This document shows positions 38,428-47,922 of a DNA stretch of 64,000 bases, piece after piece. This DNA is from a virus, in the IMG/VR virus record IMGVR_UViG_3300048813_000107, positions 10,381 through 74,380 of that record; one strand, written 5' to 3'. Positions within the stretch are counted from its first letter, which is position 1; each line of letters begins with the position of its first letter. The position numbers and the translations under genes were made by a program. The notes under the pieces are model-generated. The model ran no database searches. It saw only the letters and a list, made by a program, of their open reading frames with translations, and was not told the DNA's origin.

Positions 38428-40560
38428 TTAAGGGGCGGCGACGGCAGGCGACTGCGGGTTAGCGCGGATCTGCGCCAGCTTGGTGACGGCCATCAGTTCC
38501 ATCTCGTGGAAGGCCTTCGCCTGCTCGGGGCCGGAGCCGTGATAGAGGGTCTCCCTCAGTTCCGCGGCCTTGGCCACGTCGACCGGGGCCGCGCCCTGGT
38601 CCTGGCCGCGCAGCTGACTCGCTGGCGGCACCTGGCCGTTCGTGAACACCTTCGGTGCCGCTTCGCTGTTCTCCACCGTCACCAGGCGGGCCTTCAGCGT
38701 CTCGACCTGCTCGCTGAGCCCGGCGACATCAGCCTGCTTGGCGATGTCCTGTGCCGGGCCCTGCGTGCCGAACGCTGCTGCCACTGCCTTCGCGACGATG
38801 CTCTCCAGCACCGCGTACCTGTCGCTGTCACTGCTCTTCGCGACCGTGCCGTCAGGGTCGACGGCATCAGCCGGGGTTCCGGTCTCCGCTGGGGGAGCCG
38901 GGGTCATGTCAGCAGGATCGGCCGCGGGGGCCGCATCCGCTGCCGGGTCGTCGCCGTCTGCGGCGGCCGCGGGCTTGCCGGCGCCGGTCACGGGCTGGAT
39001 CGCATCCGGGGCCACGATGCCGATCAGGTCGCCGTTCTGGTCGAACACGGCCTGCATCGGCGCCTTCTCCCCGTCGGCCTTGGCGACCTGCTGCACGATC
39101 TCCGCCGCGCTGGTGACGCCGATGAGGCGCCGCTCCTGGTCATAGACGAGGGCGAGCGCGGACTTCAGCACCTCGCGGCCGGGCAGGTCACCGGGGAGCG
39201 GCTTGACGTCGCCGCCCTTCGGGGTGCCCATGCCGGCAGTGCCTCCCGCGTTCACGGGGCCGGTGTCCTTCGCCTGCTCGTCGGCGTCCGCCTTGGCGAC
39301 CTGCGCGGGCGCGGTTACGGTAGCGGTCACGGCCGCCTCCTTCTGCTTGGCGACGGGCTGGCCGTCATCGGTGACAGGGGCTTGCGGCAGCGAGGAAAGG
39401 ACCGTGGTCAGCCTCTGCGCCGCCTCGCGGATGTGCGTCTCGTTCGCGGAGGACAGGACCCGGCCGGACTTCGCGACCGCGCACAGGCCCTCGACGGTGA
39501 CGAGCGGCGCAGGATCGAACGCGGCCATGGCCTTGCCGATCGCTTCCAGCGCCTCGCCGCCGAGATCCGCCTCAGCCTGCTCGTCGGCCGCATACACGGC
39601 CAGCTCGCTGATCACGTAGTCCACGGCGCACATGGCGTCCTCGAGGTCGAACGCGTTCTCGATGTCGTCCGGGTCAGCGGAAGCGGCCTCGAGCATCTCC
39701 CGCTCGGCCAGGACACCGAGGGCGTTCTTCAGGCGGACCGCGATGGACGTCCACTTCTGGGCGGTGGCCGCGTCGATGGCCTCCCATGCGGGACTGCCGG
39801 GGTCGGCGGGGTCGCCGGGGGCATCCTCATCGGGGGCGGCCAGCGGGACTGTGGGGTCCATGCCGTCGACACCGGTGTCGAGCTCGGGGCCAACGTCCTT
39901 GGCCACGGTCGCTGTCTTGGACACTGACGCCTCCTTGAGGCTGCCGTCGGCTGCCCAGTTGTCGGGGATCTCGCCGGACGCGCCGAGCGCCCTGGCGCGC
40001 TTGATGACGTACTTCCGGATCGCGTCGTGGCCAGCACCGCCCCGGCCCACCGCGTGGATTGCGTTGCCCAGGTCTGCGGTGTCGCCGACCGGGTAGCTGT
40101 AGCTGCCGTCCGGGTTCTTGAAGGCGCGGCCCTTGGCGCCCATCGCCTTGAGGTCGTCGGCGCTGTACTTGCCCTTGAGGATCCCCGTCGCCATGCCGGC
40201 CATCGCCGTGTCGACGCCTGCGAGCGAGACCTTCAGCTCGTCCGCGAGGCCGGCGCCGATCCGCTGCCCCCCGGTGAGGCTGGCACGCTGCGAGGCCTTA
40301 TGGATGAAAGCGGCCATTGCGGCCGGGCTGCCGGTCATCGTCACCGGCCCGTCGCTCGCAGGCTCGGGCTTGGCGTCGGGTTCGGCCTGCTTGCCGATCA
40401 GCTCGCGGACCATGCCGGGGGGGACGAGGCCGCGGGAGTCTTCGGCCTGCTTGGCGATCAGCCACCGTCCGACGCCGTTAGCGCCCTTGCCTACCGCGTC
40501 GACACGATCACAGTCAAAATCGACCAGCTCGGTCAGCTCGTCGTCATCAAGGTCGGGCAT
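38428..40560 (-). CDS. Scaffold/head maturation protein with DUF6582-like insert
   Basis: RVDAVGKGANG, DGSYSYP...NAIHAVGR...KRARALG, acidic Ala-rich coiled coil. Confidence 0.7.
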   Translation of the reverse strand: MPDLDDDELTELVDFDCDRVDAVGKGANGVGRWLIAKQAEDSRGLVPPGMVRELIGKQAEPDAKPEPASDGPVTMTGSPAAMAAFIHKASQRASLTGGQRIGAGLADELKVSLAGVDTAMAGMATGILKGKYSADDLKAMGAKGRAFKNPDGSYSYPVGDTADLGNAIHAVGRGGAGHDAIRKYVIKRARALGASGEIPDNWAADGSLKEASVSKTATVAKDVGPELDTGVDGMDPTVPLAAPDEDAPGDPADPGSPAWEAIDAATAQKWTSIAVRLKNALGVLAEREMLEAASADPDDIENAFDLEDAMCAVDYVISELAVYAADEQAEADLGGEALEAIGKAMAAFDPAPLVTVEGLCAVAKSGRVLSSANETHIREAAQRLTTVLSSLPQAPVTDDGQPVAKQKEAAVTATVTAPAQVAKADADEQAKDTGPVNAGGTAGMGTPKGGDVKPLPGDLPGREVLKSALALVYDQERRLIGVTSAAEIVQQVAKADGEKAPMQAVFDQNGDLIGIVAPDAIQPVTGAGKPAAAADGDDPAADAAPAADPADMTPAPPAETGTPADAVDPDGTVAKSSDSDRYAVLESIVAKAVAAAFGTQGPAQDIAKQADVAGLSEQVETLKARLVTVENSEAAPKVFTNGQVPPASQLRGQDQGAAPVDVAKAAELRETLYHGSGPEQAKAFHEMELMAVTKLAQIRANPQSPAVAAP

Positions 40561-40598
40561 CGCTCACCCCTGCTCTGGTCGTGGGACGATCGGGGGCT

Positions 40599-40997
40599 AT
40601 GAGCGAGTACGGGATTGAGCTTTACGACCTGGAGCCTCCGGTTGACCGCCGCATGCAGCCCGCATATTCGCCGCTGCGAAACCCCTGGCGGGGTCCCCGG
40701 CCGCCGCAGCCTCGCTGGTCGCCGCCGCCGCTGCCGGACGGATTCGCCCGCGTTGAGCTTGAGGACGACTACGAGACCGGGCCGCAGTTCGCGGACTGGA
40801 GCGCCGAGGAGGCCGGGCATCCGTCGCGGGTCTTCGATATCCCTGCCGAGCAGCACGAGCGGTGGGCGGGCGCCGTTGCTGCCTACTCTGCGATGCAGGA
40901 AGAGATCGAGGCGCTGCGCGAGGAGCGGCTGCGCACGCCCGGGTGGGCGCTGTCTGGCTGGGTGCGCAAGGACAAGCCCTATCAGGCGCAGCCGTGA
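40599..40997 (+). CDS. Counter-oriented hypothetical protein
   Basis: TG-g-GACGAT 8 nt before ATG 40599. Confidence 0.6.
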   Translation: MSEYGIELYDLEPPVDRRMQPAYSPLRNPWRGPRPPQPRWSPPPLPDGFARVELEDDYETGPQFADWSAEEAGHPSRVFDIPAEQHERWAGAVAAYSAMQEEIEALREERLRTPGWALSGWVRKDKPYQAQP

Positions 40998-41290
40998 GCA
41001 GCGGACATGCCGACCTGAGCCGGTTCCTATCCGAAGGCTGCACGGAGTGCGGGACGCCGGGATACCAGCGGCACCTCAGCGCGGTCAATGGGTGCGCTAC
41101 CTGCGCGGCGGAAGATCCCCGGCCGGTTCACATCCCGGTGCGGGACGTCATCGGGACCGTGCTGGTCCGATCCATGCGGAGTGCGACCGAAGTGGCGTTC
41201 CCGCCGCCGAGGACACGCGAGCCCGTGCGCTCGTGCTACCGGATGGCCAGCGGGGCGATGGTCCACGTCAAGCCGGACTGCCGGTGCTAG
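40994..41290 (+). CDS. Counter-oriented Cys-rich protein
   Basis: GTGA coupling; CTEC, CATC, HVKPDCRC. Confidence 0.55.
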   Translation: MSSGHADLSRFLSEGCTECGTPGYQRHLSAVNGCATCAAEDPRPVHIPVRDVIGTVLVRSMRSATEVAFPPPRTREPVRSCYRMASGAMVHVKPDCRC

Positions 41291-41502
41291 CCGTAGGGGA
41301 AGGCGCGAAGGAGTGCCAGACCTGCTTCCGGTACCGGCCCCGTGGCGAGTTCGAGCTGCCGATGGATGACGCGCGGCGGTTCGAGGCGAAGATCTGCCGC
41401 CGCTGCCGGGTGCTGCTGTGGGACGATCCGGACGACCCCTTCGAACGCGAGGCGGTCTTCATGGGCGACCCGCTGCCGGAAGCGCCTAAGCCGCCGGCCT
41501 GA
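41284..41502 (+). CDS. Counter-oriented zinc-finger micro-protein
   Basis: CQTC...CRRC. Confidence 0.5.
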   Translation: MLAVGEGAKECQTCFRYRPRGEFELPMDDARRFEAKICRRCRVLLWDDPDDPFEREAVFMGDPLPEAPKPPA

Positions 41503-41866
41503 CGCGCCGCCGCCGGGCGGTTCCCTGAGGACTCCACCCGTTCAGGCGTCCGGCCTTGTGGAGCTCCCAGGCTTCCGGGCTGAGCACGGCACCGATGAGC
41601 CAGTCACCGGACTTGGCCACGATGCCGTCCCCGAGATCCCAGTCCGGGCCGCGGTAGATGTACGACTCCACGACATCGGCGGCACCCTCGGTGCCGTCTA
41701 CGTGGAACAGGCCGACCTTCCGGCCGCCGGTCAGGAACTTCCAGGCCGCTTTCTCCAGCTCGGCCGCGGTGAAGTAATCCCGGCCGCCGTCCGCGCCCTT
41801 GGTGATGCGGGGGTCGGGGCCGGCCTGGTAGGCGATCCCGAGGACGTAGCGCTGCTCGTCAGCCAT
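41486..41866 (-). CDS. XkdF-like prohead serine protease domain
   Basis: EQRYVLGIAY, ELEKAAWKF, H, VVESY, GDW, G.LNGWSPQG. Confidence 0.85.
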   Translation of the reverse strand: MADEQRYVLGIAYQAGPDPRITKGADGGRDYFTAAELEKAAWKFLTGGRKVGLFHVDGTEGAADVVESYIYRGPDWDLGDGIVAKSGDWLIGAVLSPEAWELHKAGRLNGWSPQGTARRRRVRPAA

Positions 41867-41899
41867 GGCCACCCCCTCGCGGTCGGGCATGATGGCGGG

Positions 41900-42229
41900 A
41901 TGAGTGGTGAGATTCGCCTGATGCTCGACCCGGATGCCTGGAGCGCGGCCCAGGTCACGGAATTCGAGCGGCTGTGGTGGATCGACGGCCTCAGGCGGCG
42001 GTGGCGGCTCGTAACGGTCGGCGAGCAGTGGATCAGGCACACGTACCCGTCCGGCTTCCGCACCGGGCAGTGGGCACGCCTGGATCGCGTGACGATCCTC
42101 CGAGGGCGCACGTGCTACTGCGTCACATTCGAGGACGGCATACGGGATTACTGGGATCCGGCCAACGAGTACGAGTTCTTCCCGCCGAGCCACTTCACGG
42201 GACTGCTCGACATCCTCGATGGCTGCTAG
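41900..42229 (+). CDS. Counter-oriented hypothetical protein
   Basis: CATGAT 6 nt before ATG 41900. Confidence 0.6.
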   Translation: MSGEIRLMLDPDAWSAAQVTEFERLWWIDGLRRRWRLVTVGEQWIRHTYPSGFRTGQWARLDRVTILRGRTCYCVTFEDGIRDYWDPANEYEFFPPSHFTGLLDILDGC

Positions 42230-42252
42230 TTCAGCAGGCAGGCAGCGAAGAA

Positions 42253-43725
42253 CTAGGCCGGCACGACTTGACACCGGCACGACGGATGAGCAGGCGCATC
42301 AGCGTCTCCGCTGGGGTACGCCTGACCCATCCTCACCCGGCCTGCCGCGGCGTTCAGCAGGCAGCCCGGGCACACATTCGATGCCGGGTCATTCAGCCAT
42401 TCGCCGTACTGGATCTGCCGCAGCAGGTACAGCGCCAGCGCTGCGGCCCCGATCCCGATGACCAGCTGACCGAGCACTGACCCGCTGGAGTTATCCCGGT
42501 CGGCCAGGACCGCGACGAGGGACGCGCCGATCGCGACCGCGCCGAGCCCCGACGTAACGCCGTCGACCAGCGCCCGGCCGAGCCTGGTCATGTACCCGCC
42601 GGCCATCTGCTGCGCGGTCTCGTCCGAGGTGGCCAGAGCTGCGGACAGGCTAGCGCCGAGCCCGAGCGCTTCTACCCGCTGCTGCGCGGTGTTCGTGTCC
42701 CCCGGCTGCCAGCCGCCGAGATCCGCGCTGCCGCCGTCGGTCATCGCCGCGGCCGAGGCCCCGCCGATCAGGTGAGCGTCAGCCAGGATGCCGGGTACCA
42801 GCGGCGCGATCACGGGCACGAGGTCCAGGCCCTGGCCGGCCAGCCACACCGCTGCGGCGTCGACAGCCTCACGCTTGCCCTGGTCGCCCTGCTCCTCGGC
42901 TGGGTGCTCCGCGATATAGGCGCGCGCTATCCGCTCGGCCTGGGCCTTCGTCAGCGCCCCGGAAAGAGCAGCGGCGAGGAGAGGCGCCCAGTGCCCGACG
43001 GCCTGGAGGTCCAGGTCCCAGCCGGGCCAGTGGCGGGCCTTACGGCCTTTTGGGACGCTCGGTGCGCCGCCTCCACCGCCGTTCGTGATAGCGGACTTGG
43101 CCACGTCACCGTCCGGGTAGTCACCATGGAACGGGTCTATGCGCGCCATCCCGCAGTACCAGCAGCACGGGGAATCGCCGTCCGGCCGGAACGCGTGGCT
43201 GCCGTAGTCCTGGCCGTCCGGGTAGGCCTTGGCTATCGCCGCCATCTTGCCGCTGACAGACGCGCCGTCATCGTGGCTGATCGATCCGTCAGCGTGCTGC
43301 CAGCCGTTCATCTCGTCGTACACGACCGGGGTGCCGCACGGGCAGGTGGCCTCGTCGCCCTCATCCGGGCAGCCGAGAGCGGCTATCACGGCGTCGATGT
43401 CGGCCAGCAGCTCGGGACGTACCGCAGGGTTGCCGGGCAGGTCGGCCGGGTTCCACCATGCAATCGTCTCCGTGCCCGAGCAGTCGCCGTCCGGGTCGGA
43501 ACCGAGCTGGCGGTCGAAAATGTCAAGGTCGGCCTCGCTGGCGATGGTGTAGACAAAGCCCTGGTAGATGCCGTTGGCGCTCGTCCAGGTGCCGGTCCAC
43601 TCGCCGTCAGGGAAGTTGAGGCCGGTCTCTTCCTGCCATTCCCGTGTCGCGGCAGCGCGGGGTGATTCCGCGCCTTCGATGTGACCGCCGGGTATCTCGA
43701 ACTTGCCCGCAGCAGGGTCAGGCAT
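42253..43725 (-). CDS. Nudix box + MuF-like minor head protein
   Basis: GHIEGAESPRAAATREWQEETGL fits Gx5Ex7REUxEExGU; C-terminal CPGC...PAHPSCRC. Confidence 0.85.
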   Translation of the reverse strand: MPDPAAGKFEIPGGHIEGAESPRAAATREWQEETGLNFPDGEWTGTWTSANGIYQGFVYTIASEADLDIFDRQLGSDPDGDCSGTETIAWWNPADLPGNPAVRPELLADIDAVIAALGCPDEGDEATCPCGTPVVYDEMNGWQHADGSISHDDGASVSGKMAAIAKAYPDGQDYGSHAFRPDGDSPCCWYCGMARIDPFHGDYPDGDVAKSAITNGGGGGAPSVPKGRKARHWPGWDLDLQAVGHWAPLLAAALSGALTKAQAERIARAYIAEHPAEEQGDQGKREAVDAAAVWLAGQGLDLVPVIAPLVPGILADAHLIGGASAAAMTDGGSADLGGWQPGDTNTAQQRVEALGLGASLSAALATSDETAQQMAGGYMTRLGRALVDGVTSGLGAVAIGASLVAVLADRDNSSGSVLGQLVIGIGAAALALYLLRQIQYGEWLNDPASNVCPGCLLNAAAGRVRMGQAYPSGDADAPAHPSCRCQVVPA

Positions 43726-43734
43726 GCGGCCCCC

Positions 43735-44058
43735 TCAGGCGTCGGCGCTCCCGTGGTGACCCAGGCCGCCGATAGCGAGCGCATCGTCGTTCGCGAACAG
43801 GGCCTTGATATCGGCCAGCGGCAGGCCGTCCAGCGTGATCCAGCAGGAACACAGCGCGGTTGCCGAACACATCTCGCCGCAGTCCTCGCAGCGCCACGGC
43901 GGACACTCGCCGCAATGCAGCGACGGGGACAGGTCGGTCGGGTCGTCCGAGAGCGAGTGCTTGACCGCGCCACAGTTCCGGCACGCCAGGATCGGCGTCA
44001 ACGCCTGCTCGGCCGGGTCAAGCTGCTGCCACTCCCAGCCGTGGACCGGCTCATTCAT
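43735..44058 (-). CDS. Cys-rich zinc-finger protein inserted within the Nudix coding region
   Basis: CRNC, CGEC, CEDC, CSC. Confidence 0.65.
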   Translation of the reverse strand: MNEPVHGWEWQQLDPAEQALTPILACRNCGAVKHSLSDDPTDLSPSLHCGECPPWRCEDCGEMCSATALCSCWITLDGLPLADIKALFANDDALAIGGLGHHGSADA

Positions 44059-47000
44059 CAGGCTCTACCGCCCTTTGCAGCATCAGCACCCGGCCAGTGT
44101 CCGCAGCAAGGACAGCAAGCCCCGCCACGGCTACCTCGCCAGCAGCCTTGCGGACAGCGAGCCTGCCGCCGTCGTTGAGGTTGTGCGCCTGTACCGGGCC
44201 GACCGCGCGGAACTCGAAGTCGTGCCACTCCCCGGCCTGCCGCCGCTTCCTGCGGAAGTTCCTGAACACGGTGAGCTCGGACTTCACCGCCGCAGTGCGC
44301 GCGGCCTCCTCGTCCACGGCGACGACATAGTCCGGGATGATGACCTGCGGCTTGCCGTCGTCATCCTCGCCAGGTCCGTCGTAGCCGTAGATCCCGGTGT
44401 CGCTGGTGATCCCCGCCGTGGGTGCGCCTTCGCCTTCCTTGGCGACCGTCCCCGGCTGCTGCGGTCCTGCTGGCGGCAGGGCGGACGGGCCGTACTCCTG
44501 CTCGGCCAGCGGCTCCCCGATCAGCGGCGGGGACGTGACGACGCCCTCGACGGTGGTGAATGCCTGATGCGGCAGGGAGGCCCCCGGCTCGGGCGCGGCC
44601 GTCGCCTCGTCTACCGGGCCCGCGACCGAGTCCAGCGAGATCAGCGGGATCGGCCCGGCGCGGGAGGAGAAGATAAACCGCGGCACCGGGACCGGATCGG
44701 ACCAGCCCCACCGCTCCTCACGGACCTCGCTGGTCGACACGGTGCCGTTCTTGATGTAGATGTCATCAGCCTGCGCCTGGGCCAGCCGGTCGTCCTGCTC
44801 CTCGCCGCGGTCGAACTGGTGCTTCAGCGGCAGCCCGAGGTCATCCTGCAGGAACCCGGTGATGATGCCCTCGACGTGGTTCTCCAGCGGCAGCTCGCCG
44901 ACCTTGTGCACCACGTCGGCCTGCGACTCGCCAGATGACCTGTTGACATCCTCCGTGAATCCGAGGTCGCTAGGCACCGTGTGATAGGCGGCCAGCGTCT
45001 TGCGCATCAGGAACAGGCTGAACTGGTCGCTGAAGTCCTTCTCGTTGCTCCACGCGAACTTGGTACCGGGCGGCATCCACTTGATCTGGTGCTTGCCAGC
45101 CTGGTCGCCGTACATCATCGCGTCCCAGTAGACCTGGAACGCCTCGATCTGGTCGGGGCTCCAGGTCTCCGGGGCCGCGGCGAAGGCAGCAGGAAGATTG
45201 CCGGCTGTGAACCGTTCCAAAAAGTAGAGCTGGAACCTCATATCGGTGTTGGCGCACCATGATGGATAGCCATTCCTGCGCACATACAGCGTCTTGTTGG
45301 GAACGCTTACGCAATAGACCTTGCCCTCATAGGGAACGGGCTCAACGTCGATGCGATAGGCCGGCTTACGGCGAGTCTGGATTTGCCACCGCTGGTGATG
45401 GGCCGGCTTTGCCGGCTTCCCCACAGGACGCACCGCCCCAGAATAACCGATCTTCTGCAAAACCTCCTGCAGGCCATCTGCGAGGCGCTTGCTGCACGTG
45501 GACACGATCTCCGTGCGAGGATAGATGGCCCCGTCACCCAGGACGTAGAAGTGCCAGAAAATCTCAAGCTGGCGCCGGGACATCCCGAGCACCTCGCGCG
45601 GGATGTACTTCTCATGCGCCTTCCCGAATGGCCGCAGGTAGTCGGCCAGCGCCGTATGGCCGAAAGTGAAGGCGCCCCGGTGATACGGGGCTTCGCGTCC
45701 GAGCATCCGCGCCAGCAGATCGCGGAACTCCACATAGCCCTTGGAGAACTCCTCCTGCGCGATGGTGATGTTCGAGCAGTCTGGCCTGACGCATCCCTCC
45801 GACAGGTACATGCCCATGAAGGCGGCGAAGTCGTCGCCTTCAATGCGGCTGCTGAAGTAGTGCGCGTCTTCCCGGATGACGCCGCGAGGCAGTCCGTAGG
45901 CATCGCGGATAGCTTCGGCCGACGCCCGGCGCAGGCGCTCGCCTCTTTCCGCCCGGCGCAGTGTGGGATGAGTGATGCCGAGGCTGCAAGCCGGGAAGCC
46001 GGCGTTTGCCCGCGCCTCGCGCACCGCCTCCCCGTCCATGCGCACGAAGTCGCACGGGCTGACGGGAAGCGTGAAGCACTCAAGGTCGGGGGCGCTCCAG
46101 GTGCTCGTCGCCGGGCACCTGACGCCCGCTCCCCCGCCGGGAAGCGCGGACTGGTACTCGTAGAGGTCCGCGGCGTGAACCAGCCATTCGCTGCCGTGCC
46201 TGACGCCCGGACAGCCGCTGGGCAGGCGGTTGACCAGCAGCCGGTGGCCGCCGGTGACGAGCAGGTCCGCGTTCCTGGACGCGGCGTGGTACATGATGCC
46301 GTCGGAGTCGGCCTCGTAGTACCTGGTCGCCGATTGCCACTCAAACGCAGCGGTCGCGGGATTGCGCGTCGCGAACCTGTCTGAGCTGATGTCCGCCTCT
46401 GCGAACCGCAGCCAGCCGCGGTCTGTCAGAACCTCGGTGTCGTCGCTGTAGCAGTTCGCGTTCAGGATTATGCTTTCCAGTGGCGCGTACCCATACAGCG
46501 AGTTCGGGCGCGGACGGAATGGCTCGTAGATAATATCGTCCCTGGTCAGCCAGTTCCAGGGCAGGCCATTGACGTACTGAACATACGCCTCCGCAGGCGG
46601 CTGAGGCGGATTCCCCCAGTAGTCCAACAATGGCGCTATTGTCGTTCCGTCGATCACACTCAAGCCTACCACTTTACCGCCGCGATTACGCAGCCGGTAA
46701 AGCGCTCCCGCATCATAAGCGAGAATGTCATAAAGGTATTTGGCAAGCCACGTGCTGAACGAGCTGATCCGGTCGGGCTTCTTCAGTGCGACCATGCCGA
46801 TCTTAACGGCATCCTCGACGTCGCTATTGAATCCGTCGGCCGCGACCAATTTCCAGTCCAGTGACCGGATTGAGTCGATGCGATGCCAAATCGCGATCTG
46901 CGCGATGTCATAGGAGTCGACCAGCCCGCGGAGCGTCTCGAAGCTGACCCGCTCGTGGATCCTGGGCCGGGTGGCAATGTTCGTCCCGGTGACGAAATCC

Positions 47001-47179
47001 TGTGACCTCGGGCGACGGTCGTAGCCGTCATAGGGTCCGATGGGCGTACCGGGCGAGAACGGGGACGCCGGGGTCATCTGCGAGGCTTCTTCGCCCTCGC
47101 GGAACGACTCCGGCGTGCCGGGGCCGAACACCTTGGCGACGCGGGTCAGGCCGTCATGGATGCGGGAGCGGACGCCCAT
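44051..47179 (-). CDS. Portal protein with intein; C-terminus carries the first Nudix strands
   Basis: IDGTTIAP, YGYAPLE, D.QF...LAAY..P.DLG; downstream of TerL. Confidence 0.9.
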   Translation of the reverse strand: MGVRSRIHDGLTRVAKVFGPGTPESFREGEEASQMTPASPFSPGTPIGPYDGYDRRPRSQDFVTGTNIATRPRIHERVSFETLRGLVDSYDIAQIAIWHRIDSIRSLDWKLVAADGFNSDVEDAVKIGMVALKKPDRISSFSTWLAKYLYDILAYDAGALYRLRNRGGKVVGLSVIDGTTIAPLLDYWGNPPQPPAEAYVQYVNGLPWNWLTRDDIIYEPFRPRPNSLYGYAPLESIILNANCYSDDTEVLTDRGWLRFAEADISSDRFATRNPATAAFEWQSATRYYEADSDGIMYHAASRNADLLVTGGHRLLVNRLPSGCPGVRHGSEWLVHAADLYEYQSALPGGGAGVRCPATSTWSAPDLECFTLPVSPCDFVRMDGEAVREARANAGFPACSLGITHPTLRRAERGERLRRASAEAIRDAYGLPRGVIREDAHYFSSRIEGDDFAAFMGMYLSEGCVRPDCSNITIAQEEFSKGYVEFRDLLARMLGREAPYHRGAFTFGHTALADYLRPFGKAHEKYIPREVLGMSRRQLEIFWHFYVLGDGAIYPRTEIVSTCSKRLADGLQEVLQKIGYSGAVRPVGKPAKPAHHQRWQIQTRRKPAYRIDVEPVPYEGKVYCVSVPNKTLYVRRNGYPSWCANTDMRFQLYFLERFTAGNLPAAFAAAPETWSPDQIEAFQVYWDAMMYGDQAGKHQIKWMPPGTKFAWSNEKDFSDQFSLFLMRKTLAAYHTVPSDLGFTEDVNRSSGESQADVVHKVGELPLENHVEGIITGFLQDDLGLPLKHQFDRGEEQDDRLAQAQADDIYIKNGTVSTSEVREERWGWSDPVPVPRFIFSSRAGPIPLISLDSVAGPVDEATAAPEPGASLPHQAFTTVEGVVTSPPLIGEPLAEQEYGPSALPPAGPQQPGTVAKEGEGAPTAGITSDTGIYGYDGPGEDDDGKPQVIIPDYVVAVDEEAARTAAVKSELTVFRNFRRKRRQAGEWHDFEFRAVGPVQAHNLNDGGRLAVRKAAGEVAVAGLAVLAADTGRVLMLQRAVEPDE
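45248..46453 (-). mobile_element. 402-aa intein with LAGLIDADG endonuclease and XRE-like HTH insert
   Basis: CYSDDTEVLTDRGW, VTGGH, MGMYLSEG, YVLGDG, VYCVSVPN...WCAN/T. Confidence 0.92.
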
Positions 47180-47210
47180 TGAGCCGCCCCCTCGCTGCCA
47201 TGATGGGCGG

Positions 47211-47591
47211 GTGAGCAACGAGGAGCTAACCGCGTGGGCGCTGACCAGTGACGGGCCGGACTGCGAGCCGGATGTCAGCTTCGGCTCGTTCTACGGCTGC
47301 GTGACGGCCGGGCGGTGGATTGCGGGCGTGATGAGCTGGTCGGATTCCCCGCTCTGGGTGGACACGATCCTGCTGGGCGAGGACCGGTTCGTGATCCGGC
47401 CCCGCGTCCGGGTGTCGCCCGGGCGGACAGCGTGGTTCAACCTGGGCGGCTGGCCAGCAACCCCCAGGAGCCGCTGGCCGGCGCCGGACATCAACCCCGT
47501 GGCGTTCACCGAGCATGTGCTCAGCCGGCCGCTGGACTGGCTTCGCGACGATGAGCGGCAGGACATGCGGCGGATCTTCGGGCTAAGCTAG
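47211..47591 (+). CDS. Counter-oriented hypothetical protein
   Basis: TG-c-CATGAT 6 nt before GTG 47211. Confidence 0.6.
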   Translation: MSNEELTAWALTSDGPDCEPDVSFGSFYGCVTAGRWIAGVMSWSDSPLWVDTILLGEDRFVIRPRVRVSPGRTAWFNLGGWPATPRSRWPAPDINPVAFTEHVLSRPLDWLRDDERQDMRRIFGLS

Positions 47592-47706
47592 GCGGTCCGG
47601 AGGGGTTGGGCCGGGTGGCCGTGCACATGCCGAGCAGCCGGATCGATTGCGGTGAGAGACCGTGACGGGCCACGCCGGGCTTCACTTGCTGCCGCCCCTC
47701 CGGGGC

Positions 47707-47922
47707 CTAGCTCCCGCGCATCCGGCCGGCCAGGCGGAACCATGTGCGCCTGATCCGCCACCACCACCAGCGCCACCGGAACGGCGCCAGCAGCCGCACA
47801 TGCCACGGCACCGGGCCGATGCCGATCTGCCACGGCTTCACGTCGAAGGCCTCGCAGACCTGCCGCTGCAACATCACCAGGTCGCAGGTGAACTCCTCGT
47901 CGCTGCCGGTCTCGCTGGTCAC
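47707..47922 (-). CDS. Small Trp/Arg-rich protein
   Basis: 71 aa, RWRWWWWRIRR. Confidence 0.5.
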   Translation of the reverse strand: MTSETGSDEEFTCDLVMLQRQVCEAFDVKPWQIGIGPVPWHVRLLAPFRWRWWWWRIRRTWFRLAGRMRGS

